A stretch of DNA of 64,000 bases from Eledone cirrhosa (taxonomy: Eukaryota), in the NCBI GenBank assembly GCA_964016885.1, contig OZ024752.1, forward strand, positions 18,042,001 to 18,106,000, given 5' to 3'. Positions within the stretch are counted from its first letter, which is position 1; each line of letters opens with the position of its first letter. A program made the position numbers and the translations under genes. The notes under the pieces are model-generated. The model was not told the origin of the DNA and did no database searches. It saw only the letters and a program-made list of their open reading frames with translations. Positions 42,201-55,802 of this stretch are shown one piece after another.

Positions 42201-45200
42201 ATAGACAGTTAGACCTCTGAATGGGACAGTGTATAGATAGATAGACACCTTTAACAGGGACAGTGTATAGAGAGTTAGACCTTTGAATGGGACAGTGTAT
42301 AGACAGAGCTTTGACTGGGACAGTGTATAGAGAGGCTTTTGACTGGGACAGTATAGACTGTTCAACCTTTGATTGAGACAGTGTATAGTCAGTTAGACCT
42401 TTGACTGGGACAGTGTATAGAAAATTAGATATTTGCCTGGGACAGTATAGACAGTCAGATCATTGACTGGGACAGTTTATAGACAGTTAGACCTTTGACT
42501 GGGACAGTGTATAGACAGACCTTTGACAGGAGCAGAGTCTAGACAGTTAAACCTTTGACTGGGACAGGGTATAGACAGTTAGACCTTTGATTGGGACAGT
42601 GTATAGACAGACCTTTGACCTGGACAGTGTATAGACAGTAAAATCTTTGACTGGGCCATGTATAGACAGTTAGACCTGTGACTGGGACAGTGTTAAGACA
42701 GTTAGACCTTTGACTGGGACAGTGTATAGACAGTAGCACCTTTGACCTGGACAGTGTCTAGACAGTAAGACCTTTGACTGTGATAGTGTATAGACAGTTA
42801 GACCTCTGACTGGGACAGTGTATAGACAATTAGACCTTTGACTGGGACAGTGTATAGACAGTTAGACCTCTGATTGGGACAGTGTATAGACAGACCTCTG
42901 AATGGGACAGTGTATAGACAGTTACACCTATGACTGTGACAGTGTATAGACAATTAGACCTTTGACTGGGACAGTGTATGGACAGTTAGACGTCTGAATG
43001 GGACAGTGTATAGACCGTTAGACCTTTGACTGGGACAGTGTATAGACAGGCCTTTGACTGGGAGTGTATAGACAGTTACACCTTTGACTGGGACAGTGTA
43101 TAGACAGACCATTGACTGGGACAGTGTATAGACACACCTTTGACCTGGACACTATATAGACAGTAAGACATTTGACTGAGACAGTGTATAGATAGTTAGA
43201 CACCTTTGACTGGGACAGTGTATAGACAGACCATTGACTGGGACAGTGTATAGACAGACCTGCGACTGCGACGGTGTATAGACAGTTACACCTTTAACTG
43301 GGACAGTGTATAGACAGTTAGACCTTTGATTGGGACAGTGTATAGACAGTTAGGCCTTTGACTGGGACAGTGTATAGACAGACCTTGACTGGGACAGTGT
43401 AGAGGCAGTTAGACCTTTGATTGGGACAATGTATAGTCAGAGCATTGACTGGGACAGTGTATAGACAGACCTGCGACTGCGACGGTGTATAGACAGTTAC
43501 ACCTTTAACTGGGACAGTGTATAGACAGTTAGACCTTTGATTGGGACAGTGTATAGACAGTTAGACCTCTGAATGGGACAGTGTATAGACAGTTACTCCT
43601 ATGAGTGGGACAGCGTATAGACAATTAGACCTTTGACTGGGACAGTGTATAGAATTAGACCGCTGAATGGGACAGTGTATAGATAGTTAGAAAACTTTGA
43701 CTGGGACAGTGTATAGACAGTTAGACCTTTGATTGTGACAATGTATAGAGTTACACCTTTGACTGGGACACTGTATAGACAGACCTTGACTGGAACGGTG
43801 TATAGACAGTTAGAGCTTTGACAGGAACAGTGTATAGGCAGTTAGACCTTTCACTGGAACAGTGTATAGACAGACAGACCTTTCACTGGGACAGTGGATA
43901 GACAGTTAGACTTTTGCCAGAAACAGTGTATAGACAAGACTTTTGACTGAGATAGTGTATACACTGTTAGACCTTTGACTGGGACAGTGTATAGACAGTT
44001 AGACCTTTGACTGGGACAGTGTATAGACAGTTACACCTTTGACTGGGACAGTGTATAGACAGACCTTTGACTTGGACAGTGTATAGACAGTAAAATCTTT
44101 GACTGAGACAAAGTATAGACAGTTAACCTCAGACTGGGATAGTGTATAGACAGTTAGACATCTTAATGAGACAGTGTATAGATAGTTAGGCACCTTTAAC
44201 TAGGACAGTGTATAGACAGTTAGACCTTTGCCGGGAACCGGGAACAGTGAATAGTCAGACCTTTAACTGGGACAGTGTATAGAGAGTTAGACCTTTGACT
44301 GGGACAGTGCATAGACAGTTAGACCTTTCACTGGGACAGTGTATAGAGAGTTAGACCTGTGACTGGGACAGGGATTAGACAGATCTTTGACTGGGACAGT
44401 GTATAGACAGTTAGACCATTGAGTGGGGCAGTGTATAGACAGTTAGATCTTTGACTTGAACAGTGTATAGACAGACATGTGACTGGGACAGTGTTTAGAC
44501 AGACCTTTGACTGGAACAGTGTATAGTCAGTTAGACCTTTGACAGGCACAGTGTACAGACAGTTAGACCTTTGACTTGAACAGTGTATAGACAGACCATT
44601 GACTGGGACAGTGTATAGTCAGTTAGAACTTTGACTGGGACAGTGTATAGACAGTTACACCACTGAATGGGAGTGTGTATAGACAGACCTTTGACCTGTA
44701 CAGTGTATAGAGTTACACCACTGAATGGGACTGTGTATGAACAGACCTTTGACCTGGACAGTGTATAGACAGACCTTTGACTGGCACAGTGTATAGACAG
44801 TTAGACCTCTGAATGGGACAGTGTATAGACAGTTACACCTTTGACTGGGACAGTGTATAGACAGTTAGACCATTGACTGGGACAGTGTATAGACAGTTAC
44901 ACCTTTGACTGGGACAGTGTATAGACAGTTACACCTTTGACTGGGACAGTGTATAGACAGATAAACCATTGACTGGGATAGTGTATAGACAGTTACACCT
45001 TTGACTGGGACAGTGTACAGACAGTTAGACCATTGACTGGGACAGTGTATAGACAGTTAGACCTTTGACTGGGACAGTGTATAGACAGACCTTTGACTGG
45101 GACACTTAGACCTTTGCCAGGATCAGTGTATAGACACACCAGCATTTAGAGAGTCAGACCTTTGACCGGGACAGTGTATAGACAGAGCTTAACTGGGACT

Positions 45201-48200
45201 GTGAAGAGAGAGTTAGACCTCTGAATGGGACAGTGTATAGACATACCTTTGACCTGGACAGTGTATAGACAGTTAGACCTTTGACTGGGACAGTGTATAG
45301 ACAGACCTTTGACTGGGACACTTAGACCTTTGACTAGGACAGTGTATAGACAATTAGAGCTTTGACTGGGACAGTGTATAGACAGTTAGACGTTTGACTG
45401 GGACAGTGTATAGACAGTTAGACGTTTGACTGGGACAGTGTATAGACAGTTAGACGTTTGACTGGGACATTGTATAGACATTTAGACCTTTGACTAGGAC
45501 AGTGTATAGACAATTAGAGCTTTGACTGGGACAGTGTATAGACAGTTAGATGTTTGACTGGGACAGTGTATAGACAATTAGACCTTTGACTGGGACAGTG
45601 TATAGACAGTTAGACCTTTGACTGGGACTGTGTATAGACAGTTAGACCTTTGACTTGGACAGTGTATAGACAATTAGACCTTTGACTAGGACAGTGTATA
45701 GACAATTAGAGCTTTGACTGGGATAGTGTATAGACAGACGTTTGACTGGGACAGTATTGACAGTTAGACCATTGACTGGGACAGTGTATAGACAGTTAGA
45801 CCTTTGACTGAGACAGTGTATAGACAGACCTTTGACTGGGACTATGTATAGACAGTTAGACCTTTGACTGGGACAGTGTTTAGACAGTTAGACCTTTGAC
45901 TGGGACAGTGTATAGCCAGTTAGACCTTTGACTGGGACAGTGTATAGAGTTAGACCTCTCAATGGGACAGTGTATAGATAGTTAGACACCTTTGACTGGG
46001 ACAGTGTATACACAGAACTCTGAATTGGACAGTGTATAGACAGTTAGACCTCTGAATGGGACAGTGTATAGACAGACCTTTGACCTGGACAGTGTATAGA
46101 CAGTAAGACCTTTGACTGGGACATTATATAGACAGTTAGACCTCTGAATGGGACAGTGTATAGACAGACCTTTGACCTGGACAGTGTATAGACAGTAAGA
46201 CCTTTGACTGGGACATTATATAGACAGTTAGACCTCTGACTGGGACACTGTATAGACAGACCTTTGATCGGAACGGTGTAAAGACAGTTAACCCTTTGAC
46301 TGGGACAGTGTATAGACAGTTAGACCTGTGACAGGAATAGTGATTAGACAGACCTTTGACTGGGACAGTGTATAGACAGTTAGACCTTTGACTGGGACAG
46401 TGTATAGACAGACCTTTGACTGGGACAGTGTATAGAGAGTTAGACCTTTGACAGGAATAGTGTATAGACAGTCAGATTTTGACTGGAACAGTGTATAGAC
46501 AGACAGACCTTTGACTGGGACAGTGTATAGACTGACATTTGACTGGGACTGTGTATAGACAGTTAGACCTATGACGGGAACAGTGTATAAACAGAAAGAC
46601 CTTTGACTGGGACAGTGTTTAGACAGACCTTTGCCAGGAACAGTTTATAGACAGACTTTTGACTGGGACAGTGTATAGACGGTTAGACCTTTGACTGGTA
46701 CAGTGTATAGAATGTTAGACCTTTGATTGGGACAGTGTATAGACAGTTAGACGTTTGACTGGGACAGTGTATAGACAGTTAGACGTTTGACTGGGACATT
46801 GTATAAACAATTAGACCTTTGACTGGGACAGTGTATAGACAGTTAGACCTTTGACTGGAACAGTGTATAGATATTTAGACCTTTGACTAGGACAGTGTAT
46901 AGACAATTAGAGCTTTGACTGGGACAGTGTATAGACAGTTAGACGTTTGACTGGGACAGTGTATAGACAGTTAGACGTTTGACTGGGACATTGTATAGAC
47001 ATTTAGACCTTTGACTAGGACAGTGTATAGACAATTAGAGCTTTGACTGGGACAGTGTATAGACAGTTAGACGTTTGACTGGGACAGTGTATAGACAATT
47101 AGACCTTTGACTGGGACAGTGTATAGACAGTTAGACCTTTGACTGGGACTGTGTATAGACAGTTAGACCTTTGACTGGAACAGTGTATAGACAGAAAGAC
47201 CCTTGACTGTGACAGTGTATAGACAGTTAGACCTTTGACTTGGACAGTGTATAGACAATTAGACCTTTGACTAGGACAGTGTATAGACAATTAGAGCTTT
47301 GACTGGGACAGTGTATAGACAGACGTTTGACTGGGACAGTATAGACAGTTAGACCATTGGATTGACTGGGACAGTATAGACAATTAGACCATTGACTGGG
47401 ACAGTGTATAGACAATTAGACCTTTGACTGAGACAGTGTATAGACAGACCTTTGACTGGGACTATGTATAGACAGTTAGACCTTTGACTGGGACAGTGTT
47501 TAGACAGTTAGACCTTTGACTGGGACAGTGTATAGCCAGTTAGACCTTTGACTGGGACAGTGTATAGAGTTAGACCTCTCAATGGGACAGTGTATAGACA
47601 GACATGTGACTGGGACAGTGTTTAGACAGACCTTTGACTGGAACTGTATAGTCAGTTAGACCTTTGACTGGCACAGTGTACAGACAGTTAGACCTTTGAC
47701 TGGAACAGTGTATAGACAGACCATTGACTGGGACAGTGTATAGACAGTTAGATCTGTGACTGGGACAATGTATAGTCAGTTAGAACTTTGACTGGGACAG
47801 TGTATAGACAGTTACACCACTGAATGGGAGTGTGTATAGACAGACCTTTGACCTGTACAGTGTATAGAGTTACACCACTGAATGGGACTGTGTATGAACA
47901 GACCTTTGACCTGGACAGTGTATAGACAGACCTTTGACTGGCACAGTGTATAGACAGTTAGACCTCTGAATGGGACAGTGTATAGACAGTTACACCTTTG
48001 ACTGGGACAGTGTATAGACAGTTAGACCATTGACTGGGACAGTGTATAGACAGTTACACCTTTGACTGGGACAGTGTATAGACAGTTACACCTTTGACTG
48101 GGACAGTGTATAGACAGATAAACCATTGACTGGGATAGTGTATAGACAGTTACACCTTTGACTGGGACAGTGTACAGACAGTTAGACCATTGACTGGGAC

Positions 48201-49889
48201 AGTGTATAGACAGTTAGACCTTTGACTGGGACAGTGTATAGACAGACCTTTGACTGGGACAGTGTATAGGCAGACCTTTGACTGGGACACTTAGACCTTT
48301 GCCAGGATCAGTGTATAGACACAACAGCATTTAGAGAGTCAGACCTTTGACCGGGACAGTGTATAGACAGAGCTTAACTGGGACTGTGAAGAGAGAGTTA
48401 GACCTCTGAATGGGACAGTGTATAGACATACCTTTGACCTGGACAGTGTATAGACAGTTAGACCTTTGACTGGGACAGTGTATAGACAGACCTTTGACTG
48501 GGACACTTAGACCTTTGACTAGGACAGTGTATAGACAATTAGAGCTTTGACTGGGACAGTGTATAGACAGTTAGACGTTTGACTGGGACAGTGTATAGAC
48601 AGTTAGACGTTTGACTGGGACATTGTATAGACAATTAGACCTTTGACTGGGACAGTGTATAGACAGTTAGACCTTTGACTGGGACAGTGTATAGACATTT
48701 AGACCTTTGACTAGGACAGTGTATAGACAATTAGAGCTTTGACTGGGACAGTGTATAGACATTTAGACGTTTGACTGGGACAGTGTATAGACAATTAGAC
48801 CTTTGACTGGGACAGTGTATAGACAGTTAGACCTTTGACTGGGACTGTGTATAGACAGTTAGACCTTTGACTGGGACAGTGTATAGATAGTTAGACACCT
48901 TTGACTGGGACAGTGTATAGAGAGTTAGACCTTTGACAGGAATAGTGTATAGACAGTCAGATTTTGACTGGAACAGTGTATAGACAGACAGACCTTTGAC
49001 TGGGACAGTGTATAGACTGACATTTGACTGGGACTGTGTATAGACAGTTAGACCTATGACGGGAACAGTGTATAAACAGAAAGACCTTTGACTGGGACAG
49101 TGATTAGACAGACCTTTGCCAGGAAGAGTTTATAGACAGACTTTTGACTGGGACAGTGTATAGACGGTTAGACCTTTGACTGGTACAGTGCACAGACAGT
49201 TGGACCTCGGAATGGGACAGTGTATAGATAGTTAGACACCTTTGACTGGGACAGTTTATAGACAGTTAGACCTTTGACTGAGACAGTGTATACACAGACC
49301 TTTGACTGGGACAGTGTATAGACAGACCTTTGACTGGGACAGTGTATAGACAGACCTTTGATTGGGACAGTGTAGAGACAGTTAGACCTTTGAGTGGGAC
49401 AGTGTATAGACAGTTAGACGTTTGACTGGGACAGTGTATAGACAGTTAGACCTGTGACTGGGACAGTGTTTAGACAGACCTTTGACTGGGACAGTGTATA
49501 GACAGTTATACCTTTGACTGGGACAGTGTATAGACAGACCTTTGACTGGGACATTGTATAGACAGTTAGACCTTTGACTGGGACAGTGTATAGGCAGACC
49601 TTTGACTGGGACAGTGTATAGACAGTTATACCTTTGACTGGGACAGTGTATAGACAGACCTTTGACTGGGACAGTGTATAGACAGTTATACCTTTGACTG
49701 GGACAGTGTATAGGCAGACCTTTGACTGGGACATTGTATAGACAGTTAGACCTTTGACAGGAACAGTGTATAGACAGTTAGTCCTTTGACTGGGACAGTG
49801 TATAGACAGACCTTTGACTGGGACAGTGTACAGAAAGTTAGACCTCTGACTGGGACAGTGTACAGAAAGTTAGACCTCTGACTGGGACA
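39290..49889. repeat. 28/32-bp minisatellite, right arm (~10.6 kb) with internal higher-order duplications
   Basis: Same consensus as the left arm; resumes in register after the LTR element. Confidence 0.97.
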
Positions 49890-49949
49890 TCCAAATTCCT
49901 TATTACTTTCAAAATAAATGTAGACCTATAAGTAGTTATTTAAATCATT

Positions 49950-50309
49950 AGCATTAACATTACTCTTATACTATTATATTATAACATATACTATTATATT
50001 TTTACGGTAAACACTTTATCTCTTATAATTATCTCACATAATATCGTATCTATGAGATTTTGATATTATTTGATATTATTGAGAACAAGGTTTCCCAAAC
50101 TTTTTCAACTTTTTGGTTGAGAAACTTTTGGGTGAACCCAAAATCTAATACTATATGGTCATAATATAAATATACTCCTGTACCTTTTTCACAGAACCCA
50201 TTTAGAGAACCACTGCCTTAACGTCAGTATGAGCAGCTGGTTATGGCCGGTTTGAAAGAGGTGAGAGAATTCTGGCCGTATATGGCTGGTATATACTAAA
50301 AAGGGTTAA
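49950..50309. mobile_element. Degenerate piggyBac-type MITE interrupted by a short hAT-like insert (50086-50215)
   Basis: Collinear with 30789-31009 except for an insert bounded by CAAGGTTTCCCAAAC and GAGAACCACTG. The right end is GGG|TTAA. Confidence 0.55.
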
Positions 50310-50479
50310 TTTAGATATATGGTGAGAAAAGAGTTAAGCATTGAGACAATAAGACAATTAAATAGAGAACTACAATACACAATTGGTACTTACTTGATGT
50401 CACGGAAGAGATGAAAGGTAATATCGTCCCAGCCGAGATTTGAAACAACGATGTAGAGGCAGGCATGTCACTGCTCTTT

Positions 50480-50685
50480 CCAACTCATCTTAGAAAGCCA
50501 ACAAGGGAGTATCTATGTGGTCACTTGACCTGCTAAAAGTAGCAGCCAAATCTCCTTGAAATCAGAACATATTGGATAATGTGCTCCTAGATAACACTAT
50601 GTCTGGAAAAAAAAAGACACAATTATTACAAGTGGAAAACCTTTGATCATCAGTGTGCAGGATGAGACCTAACCTGGGATTAAAA
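50480..50685 (+). repeat. Unclassified interspersed repeat
   Basis: TGCTA.AA.TAGCAGC.AA.TCT...TTGATCAT is shared with 56024-56140. Confidence 0.4.
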
Positions 50686-51297
50686 ATCTCACCTCAACAC
50701 AAAATATAGTTATAGAAATAATTTCTTGCTCTGACACAAAACTGCAGGTGGCGTGTACAGGTAGATTAAATTACCCTCAGGTCCCAAATAATCGGGAGGG
50801 TTAAATTCTTATAAGTGTGTGTGTGGGGGGGGGGGGGGGGGGGTAATTGTATAGTGTACATTCGTAAATATGGAATTTCTTGATTTCTTGTAATGCTCTT
50901 TTTTGTCATATATAATGTTGTCGTTTTTTAATGTAAAATAAAATTACTATAAGATTCTTCAGCTACTGTATCAATATGAATCACAATAAAATTTCACTGC
51001 AGATAGATTAGCAAAATTTATAATACCGGTTTCACAAAATTCTATTTGTTTTTTAGTGGTTTTACAATTTACAGATTTTGGTGATTGTACTGAATGAAAG
51101 TCATGTGAGGGAATATTCCACTGTTAGTTTGTTTCTACTGAGACCCATTTTATTGTAAATTTGATGACTCAGTTAATGGGTGGTTTGTAAGGTTCTAATG
51201 GACTGGAAATACACATTTGTGATCTTTTTTTTGAGAATTATATCAGGTTTGACTAAACAAATGAAGCTATCTCTGAAAATGATAACCCACACCAAAA

Positions 51298-51912
51298 CCC
51301 TTTAGCATTTAAACCAGCCATATCATCCAACCAAAATTCTCTCAACTCTTTCTGTTCAAACCAGCCGTAACTGGCAACTCATACTAATGTTAAGTTATTA
51401 TTCTCAAAATAAATAATATCAAAATCTTGTAGATTTGATATTATGTGAAAAAGTGTTTACTCTATATTTACTATTGTATTTTCAGAGTAATGTAAATGAT
51501 AATGGGTTAACTCTTTAACATTTAAACCGGCTGTATCCGGCCAGAGTTCGCCCACCTCTTTCTGTTCAAACTGACCGTAACCGGCTGCTCATACTGATGG
51601 TAAAGTAATGTTCTGAAAATAAATATCAAAATCTCATAGATTCAATATTATTTGAGGTAAAGCCTTTACCACGAAAACACAATAGTATATATAGAGTAAT
51701 ATAAATGCTAAAGGGTTAAACTAGCCAGAATTCTCTCACCTCAGTTTCAAACTCAGAAAGTTCAAACTGTCCACTCATACTGACATTGTGGTATTGTTCT
51801 CAAAATAAATAATAACATCATCAAAATCTCATAGATTCCATATTATGTAAGATAATTATGTGAAATAAAGCCATTACCATGAAAATATAATAGTAATGTA
51901 TATGCTAAAGGG
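51298..51912. mobile_element. Three head-to-tail piggyBac-type MITE copies
   Basis: Units 51298-51506, 51511-51715 and 51720-51912 (third lacks its left end), separated by single TTAA sites. Termini CCCTTTAGCATTTA / TAAATGCTAAAGGG. Confidence 0.72.
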
Positions 51913-52023
51913 TTCAGAATAATAATCAGGAAAAGGGTTATCCAGTCTGGGTGCTTAGTATCACCATGGTCAAGAGATGGGCTCCATGACACAAATACAT
52001 ATATATATATATCATTATCATGA

Positions 52024-52366
52024 TATCATCATCATCATCATCATTTAACGTCCGCTTTTTCCTGCTTGCAAGGGTGGGACGGGAACTGATTCTGGCTTGA
52101 TTTCTACAGCTAGATGCCCTTCCTAACACCAACCTCATTTACAGTGAGTGCTGGGTGCTTTTTTACCGTGGCTCCTCCACGACCACTTTACAGTGGAATG
52201 ATAGGGATCCCAGTCCCTATCATCTCATTTCTACAGCTGAGTAAACTGGAGCAATGTGAAATAAAGTGTCTTGCTCAAGGAAACAACACATCACCCGGTC
52301 TGAGAACTGAACTCACAACTTTTTGATTGCAAGGCCAATGCTCTAACCACTAAGCCATGTGCCTCC
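52024..52366 (-). mobile_element. tRNA-CORE SINE with RTE family-B tail
   Basis: Near-identical to 20613-20952, with an (ATC)n tail on the plus strand. Confidence 0.88.
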
Positions 52367-52378
52367 ATTATATATGTG

Positions 52379-52410
<32 letters not shown>

Positions 52411-52411
<1 letters not shown>

Positions 52412-52689
52412 TACGTTGGTACCACAAAACATCCAGCCCACTCTGTAAGTGGTCGTGTAGGTGTCACAACAAAAAGCACCCAACCCACTGGAAAGTGGGC
52501 GTGTAAAAGACACGGTAAAAAGCACCCAGCACACACTGTAAATGTAGTTGGCACTAGGAAGAGCATCCAGCTGTAGAAAACCAGCCAGAAACTGTCCTAT
52601 ATGAACGAGACACCGTCACCCGACCCAACTTGCTTCTAAATGGGACAAACCCGTCTAACCCATGCTAGCGTGGAAGATGGACGTTAAAC

Positions 52690-52721
<32 letters not shown>
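52411..52721 (+). mobile_element. Headless SINE-body plus family-A tail module
   Basis: Collinear with the RTE-A 3' UTR (14853-15149) and ends in (GAT)n. Confidence 0.8.
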
Positions 52722-52930
52722 CTCCAGTTGTGAACAGATATCAGCCACACAGAAGCTTCTTCTGATGACATCATTGAAGGCAGTGCTGAGAGAACCAACC
52801 AACACTGTGGAAATGTAGTTTGAACTTATCAACCCTACCTCCACAATGAGATTTGTGTAGCTCATACACACACTTACACCAGGGCCACTCTGATGGATGT
52901 GCAGTTGACCGTCAACACATCACTGTTACT
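52722..52930 (-). mobile_element. Possible relic of a restriction-like-endonuclease (CRE-type) non-LTR element
   Basis: Minus-strand translation ..STAFNDVIRRSFCVADICSQLE resembles the RH..LNDII.R.L....PS.LEP segment of such elements. Confidence 0.35.
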
Positions 52931-53229
52931 TGCAGCATCCAAATATGATCAGAACTGAATTATTGGAACTTAGAATGATGAGAAACAAAGGAATAATAAA
53001 TCCTTTAGTTCAGTACACAACTGTTTCTTCAAAGTTACTTCATCATGCTTCCCTAAAAAATAGATTTTTTGACAGAATTACATATTTTGTAGTTAAACTA
53101 TAGCAAGGATGTATACCAAATCATAAACCGAAATATAAAGGAAATAAAATTGTCTATATACTTTTTTCTATATCATTCATATTTATCATATAAGAATAAT
53201 TTTGTTCCACTTTTCTATTCTAAACACCA

Positions 53230-53325
53230 CAAACCCAGGTAGTGCTGCCCACAGTGCAGAAGAGAGGAAAATTGTCAAATACCAGGATTTGACAGGCTTC
53301 ATTTTCCTGGCAGTTGCCATCAAAG
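53230..53325 (+). mobile_element. Possible CRE-type non-LTR endonuclease fragment
   Basis: PGSAAHSAEERKIVKYQDL.GFIFLAVAI resembles the AA..AE..K..KY..L motif. Confidence 0.45.
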
Positions 53326-53821
53326 AACACACTAAGAAAATGGAATGGCCTTGTCATCAACACACACACACTCTCTTTCTCTGATGATGTATATATATAT
53401 ATATATTAAAGTACTGTAAGGAATACCTCACACAATATCGAGTCTATGAGATTTTGATACTATTTATTATTATATCAGTATTATGTGCTTTATATATATG
53501 TACAAAATACTATTTGAATAAAGAAAAGGTAACACAGAGCAGCTTTGTTGCCTTCTTTTTAATTGTACCATACCTTTCACATTGTTGCAGCCTTCAAATT
53601 ACATACTTAACACACAATGCTTCAAGCAAACTACAACACTCTTAAAATACTGTTTCTCAGATATATGGCTCTTTCTCCCTATATATACATATATCTTTTA
53701 ATTTGAATTATTGATGCTCTGAACCAAAGTCCATTGAGCTTTTCTATTCAGAAACATAATGATCAAACATATGATATATGTTATGATAGCTTAACTTAGT
53801 ATTATATATATATATATATAG

Positions 53822-54120
53822 CAACAACAACAACAACAACTGCCACCACCATCACTGACATCATCCACCACCACAATCACTGGCACCATCCACCACCACC
53901 GCCATCCCCACCATCACCTTCACCACCACTACTACCACCACCATCACTGACACCATCCACCACCTTCACCTCCACCACTAACACCATCACTGGCACCATC
54001 CATCACCACCACTACCACCATCAGATACCATCCACCACCAGCATCACTGGCACCATCCTCCACCACCACCGTCACCATCCACCACCACCATCACCGACAC
54101 CATCCACCACCATCACCAGC
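53822..54120. repeat. Degenerate (CAA)n/(CAC/CAT)n simple repeat
   Basis: Low-complexity CACCACCATCAC units. Confidence 0.85.
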
Positions 54121-54560
54121 ATAAAGCAAACAATTATTATTATTATTATATAAAAATTGAACTGGACTGGAAAAGTCAACAGTTGACATGATTTTGTATC
54201 AGTACTGACGGTAATATATATATATATATATATGCATGTGTGTGTGAGTGGGGTGTGTGTTTGTATGCATGAGTGTTAGTGTGTGAGTGGTGTGTGTTTG
54301 TAGTTTGTATGCATGAGTGTTGGTGTGTATGTGGATGCTGTGTCAATAAGTGGGGGGGGGGTTATGACCATGCTGTAAAATGGAGGGATAGAGAAGGCCC
54401 TTGAGTCTAGTAAGACATCCTCTCTAGTGCTGATGGGACAAAAAAAAGCACCCAGTCCATGCTGTAAAGTGGCGCTGGTGTTAGGAAGGGCATCCAACCA
54501 GTGTATCAATGTCAAAACGCTTATCAGCACAGCAACAAATAGATAGGAACAACAACAAAA

Positions 54561-55768
54561 TATGAAGAAACTAGGTGTTGAGGAATGGCTCAGGAGGACA
54601 GTGCAAACTTTGTACAGAGGTACTGTCAGTAAAGTCAGGGTAGGAATGGAGTTTAATGAGGAATTCCAGATACAAGTAGGAGTACATCAAGGTTCGGTCC
54701 TCAGCCCACTCTTGTGTTCATTATAGGCCTCCAAGCCATAACAGAGGAGTTTAAGACTGGCTGTCCAGGGGAACTTCTCTATGCTGACAATCTGGTTCTT
54801 ATAGCAGAATCAGTAGAGGAGCTAGAGAATAAATTCTGGCTATGGAAACAGCAGTTGGAAGCAAGAGGACTGAGAATGAACCTAGCTAAGACAAAAGTGT
54901 TGATGAGTAGAAAAGAGGACAAAACTCTGATTCCGTCAGGGAAATGGCCATGTTCAATATGCAGAAAAGGAACTGGCATAAATTCTATAAAATGCACACA
55001 ATGCAGATCCTGGGTTCACAAGAGATGTAGCGGGATAGCAGGCAAACTAACAAGTAGGGAGAAATACGTATGCAGTGAAATACGTACAGGGAAATTAGAC
55101 AGAAGTCGCATTGATAGACACATTTTTCAAATGCAGACGGGTGCTATAGAAGTGGTGGATAGCTTCCGGTACCTAGGAGATCAGATTAGCATGGGAGGGG
55201 GGTGTTCCGAGGCCATAGTATCTAGAATAAGGACGGGTTGGAAGAAGTTTAAAGAGCTGCTTCCTCTGCTGATGAAGAAGGGTTTCTCCCTGCGTACGAA
55301 AGGCCAGTTATATGATGTCTGTGTGAGGAGCGCGATGTTGCATGGTAGGGAGACATGGGCAGCAACTGCAGAGGATATGCAACGACTGGAGAGAAATGAG
55401 GCAAGCATGCTCCATTGGATGTGCAGTGTCAATGTACGTGAACGACCCAGCATGAATGTGTTGAGAGAGAAACTGTGTCTGAGAGGGATAGAATGTCGTG
55501 TGCGAGAGAGCAGACTGAGGTGGTATGGACATGTGATGCGCATGGAGGATGACCGATGGATGAAGTGCCAGGAAATGCCAGTTGAAGGAAGATGTGGTTG
55601 AGGTAGACCACGAAAAACATGGGTGGAGGTGGTGAGAACAGACCTCAGATCGCTGAAGCTCACGGTGGAGGTGACGAAGGACCGTGACAAGTGGAGAGAT
55701 GCTGTGCTGAATAAGACCTGTCCCACCCTTGCAAGCAGGGAAGAGCGGACGTAAAATGATGATGATGA

Positions 55769-55772
<4 letters not shown>
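54561..55772 (+). mobile_element. 5'-truncated, decayed RTE (family B): RT C-terminal half, PHD finger and tail
   Basis: KLGVEEWL, GVHQGSVLSPL (then a frameshift), YADN, CSIC..CTQC..WVHKRC..C, FRYLG, internal stop at 55599, family-B tail and (GAT)n. Confidence 0.93.

Positions 55773-55802
<30 letters not shown>

Noticed and set aside
32139-49889. CRISPR-like array or repetitive protein gene
   Set aside because: The 28-32-bp units are contiguous with no unique spacers, there are no cas genes, the context is eukaryotic, and unit lengths are not multiples of three, so ORFs break constantly.
50826-50843. Poly-G runs as G-quadruplex signals (also 56215-56229 and the poly-C runs at 11383-11442)
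   Set aside because: Simple homopolymers of unreliable length with no supporting context.
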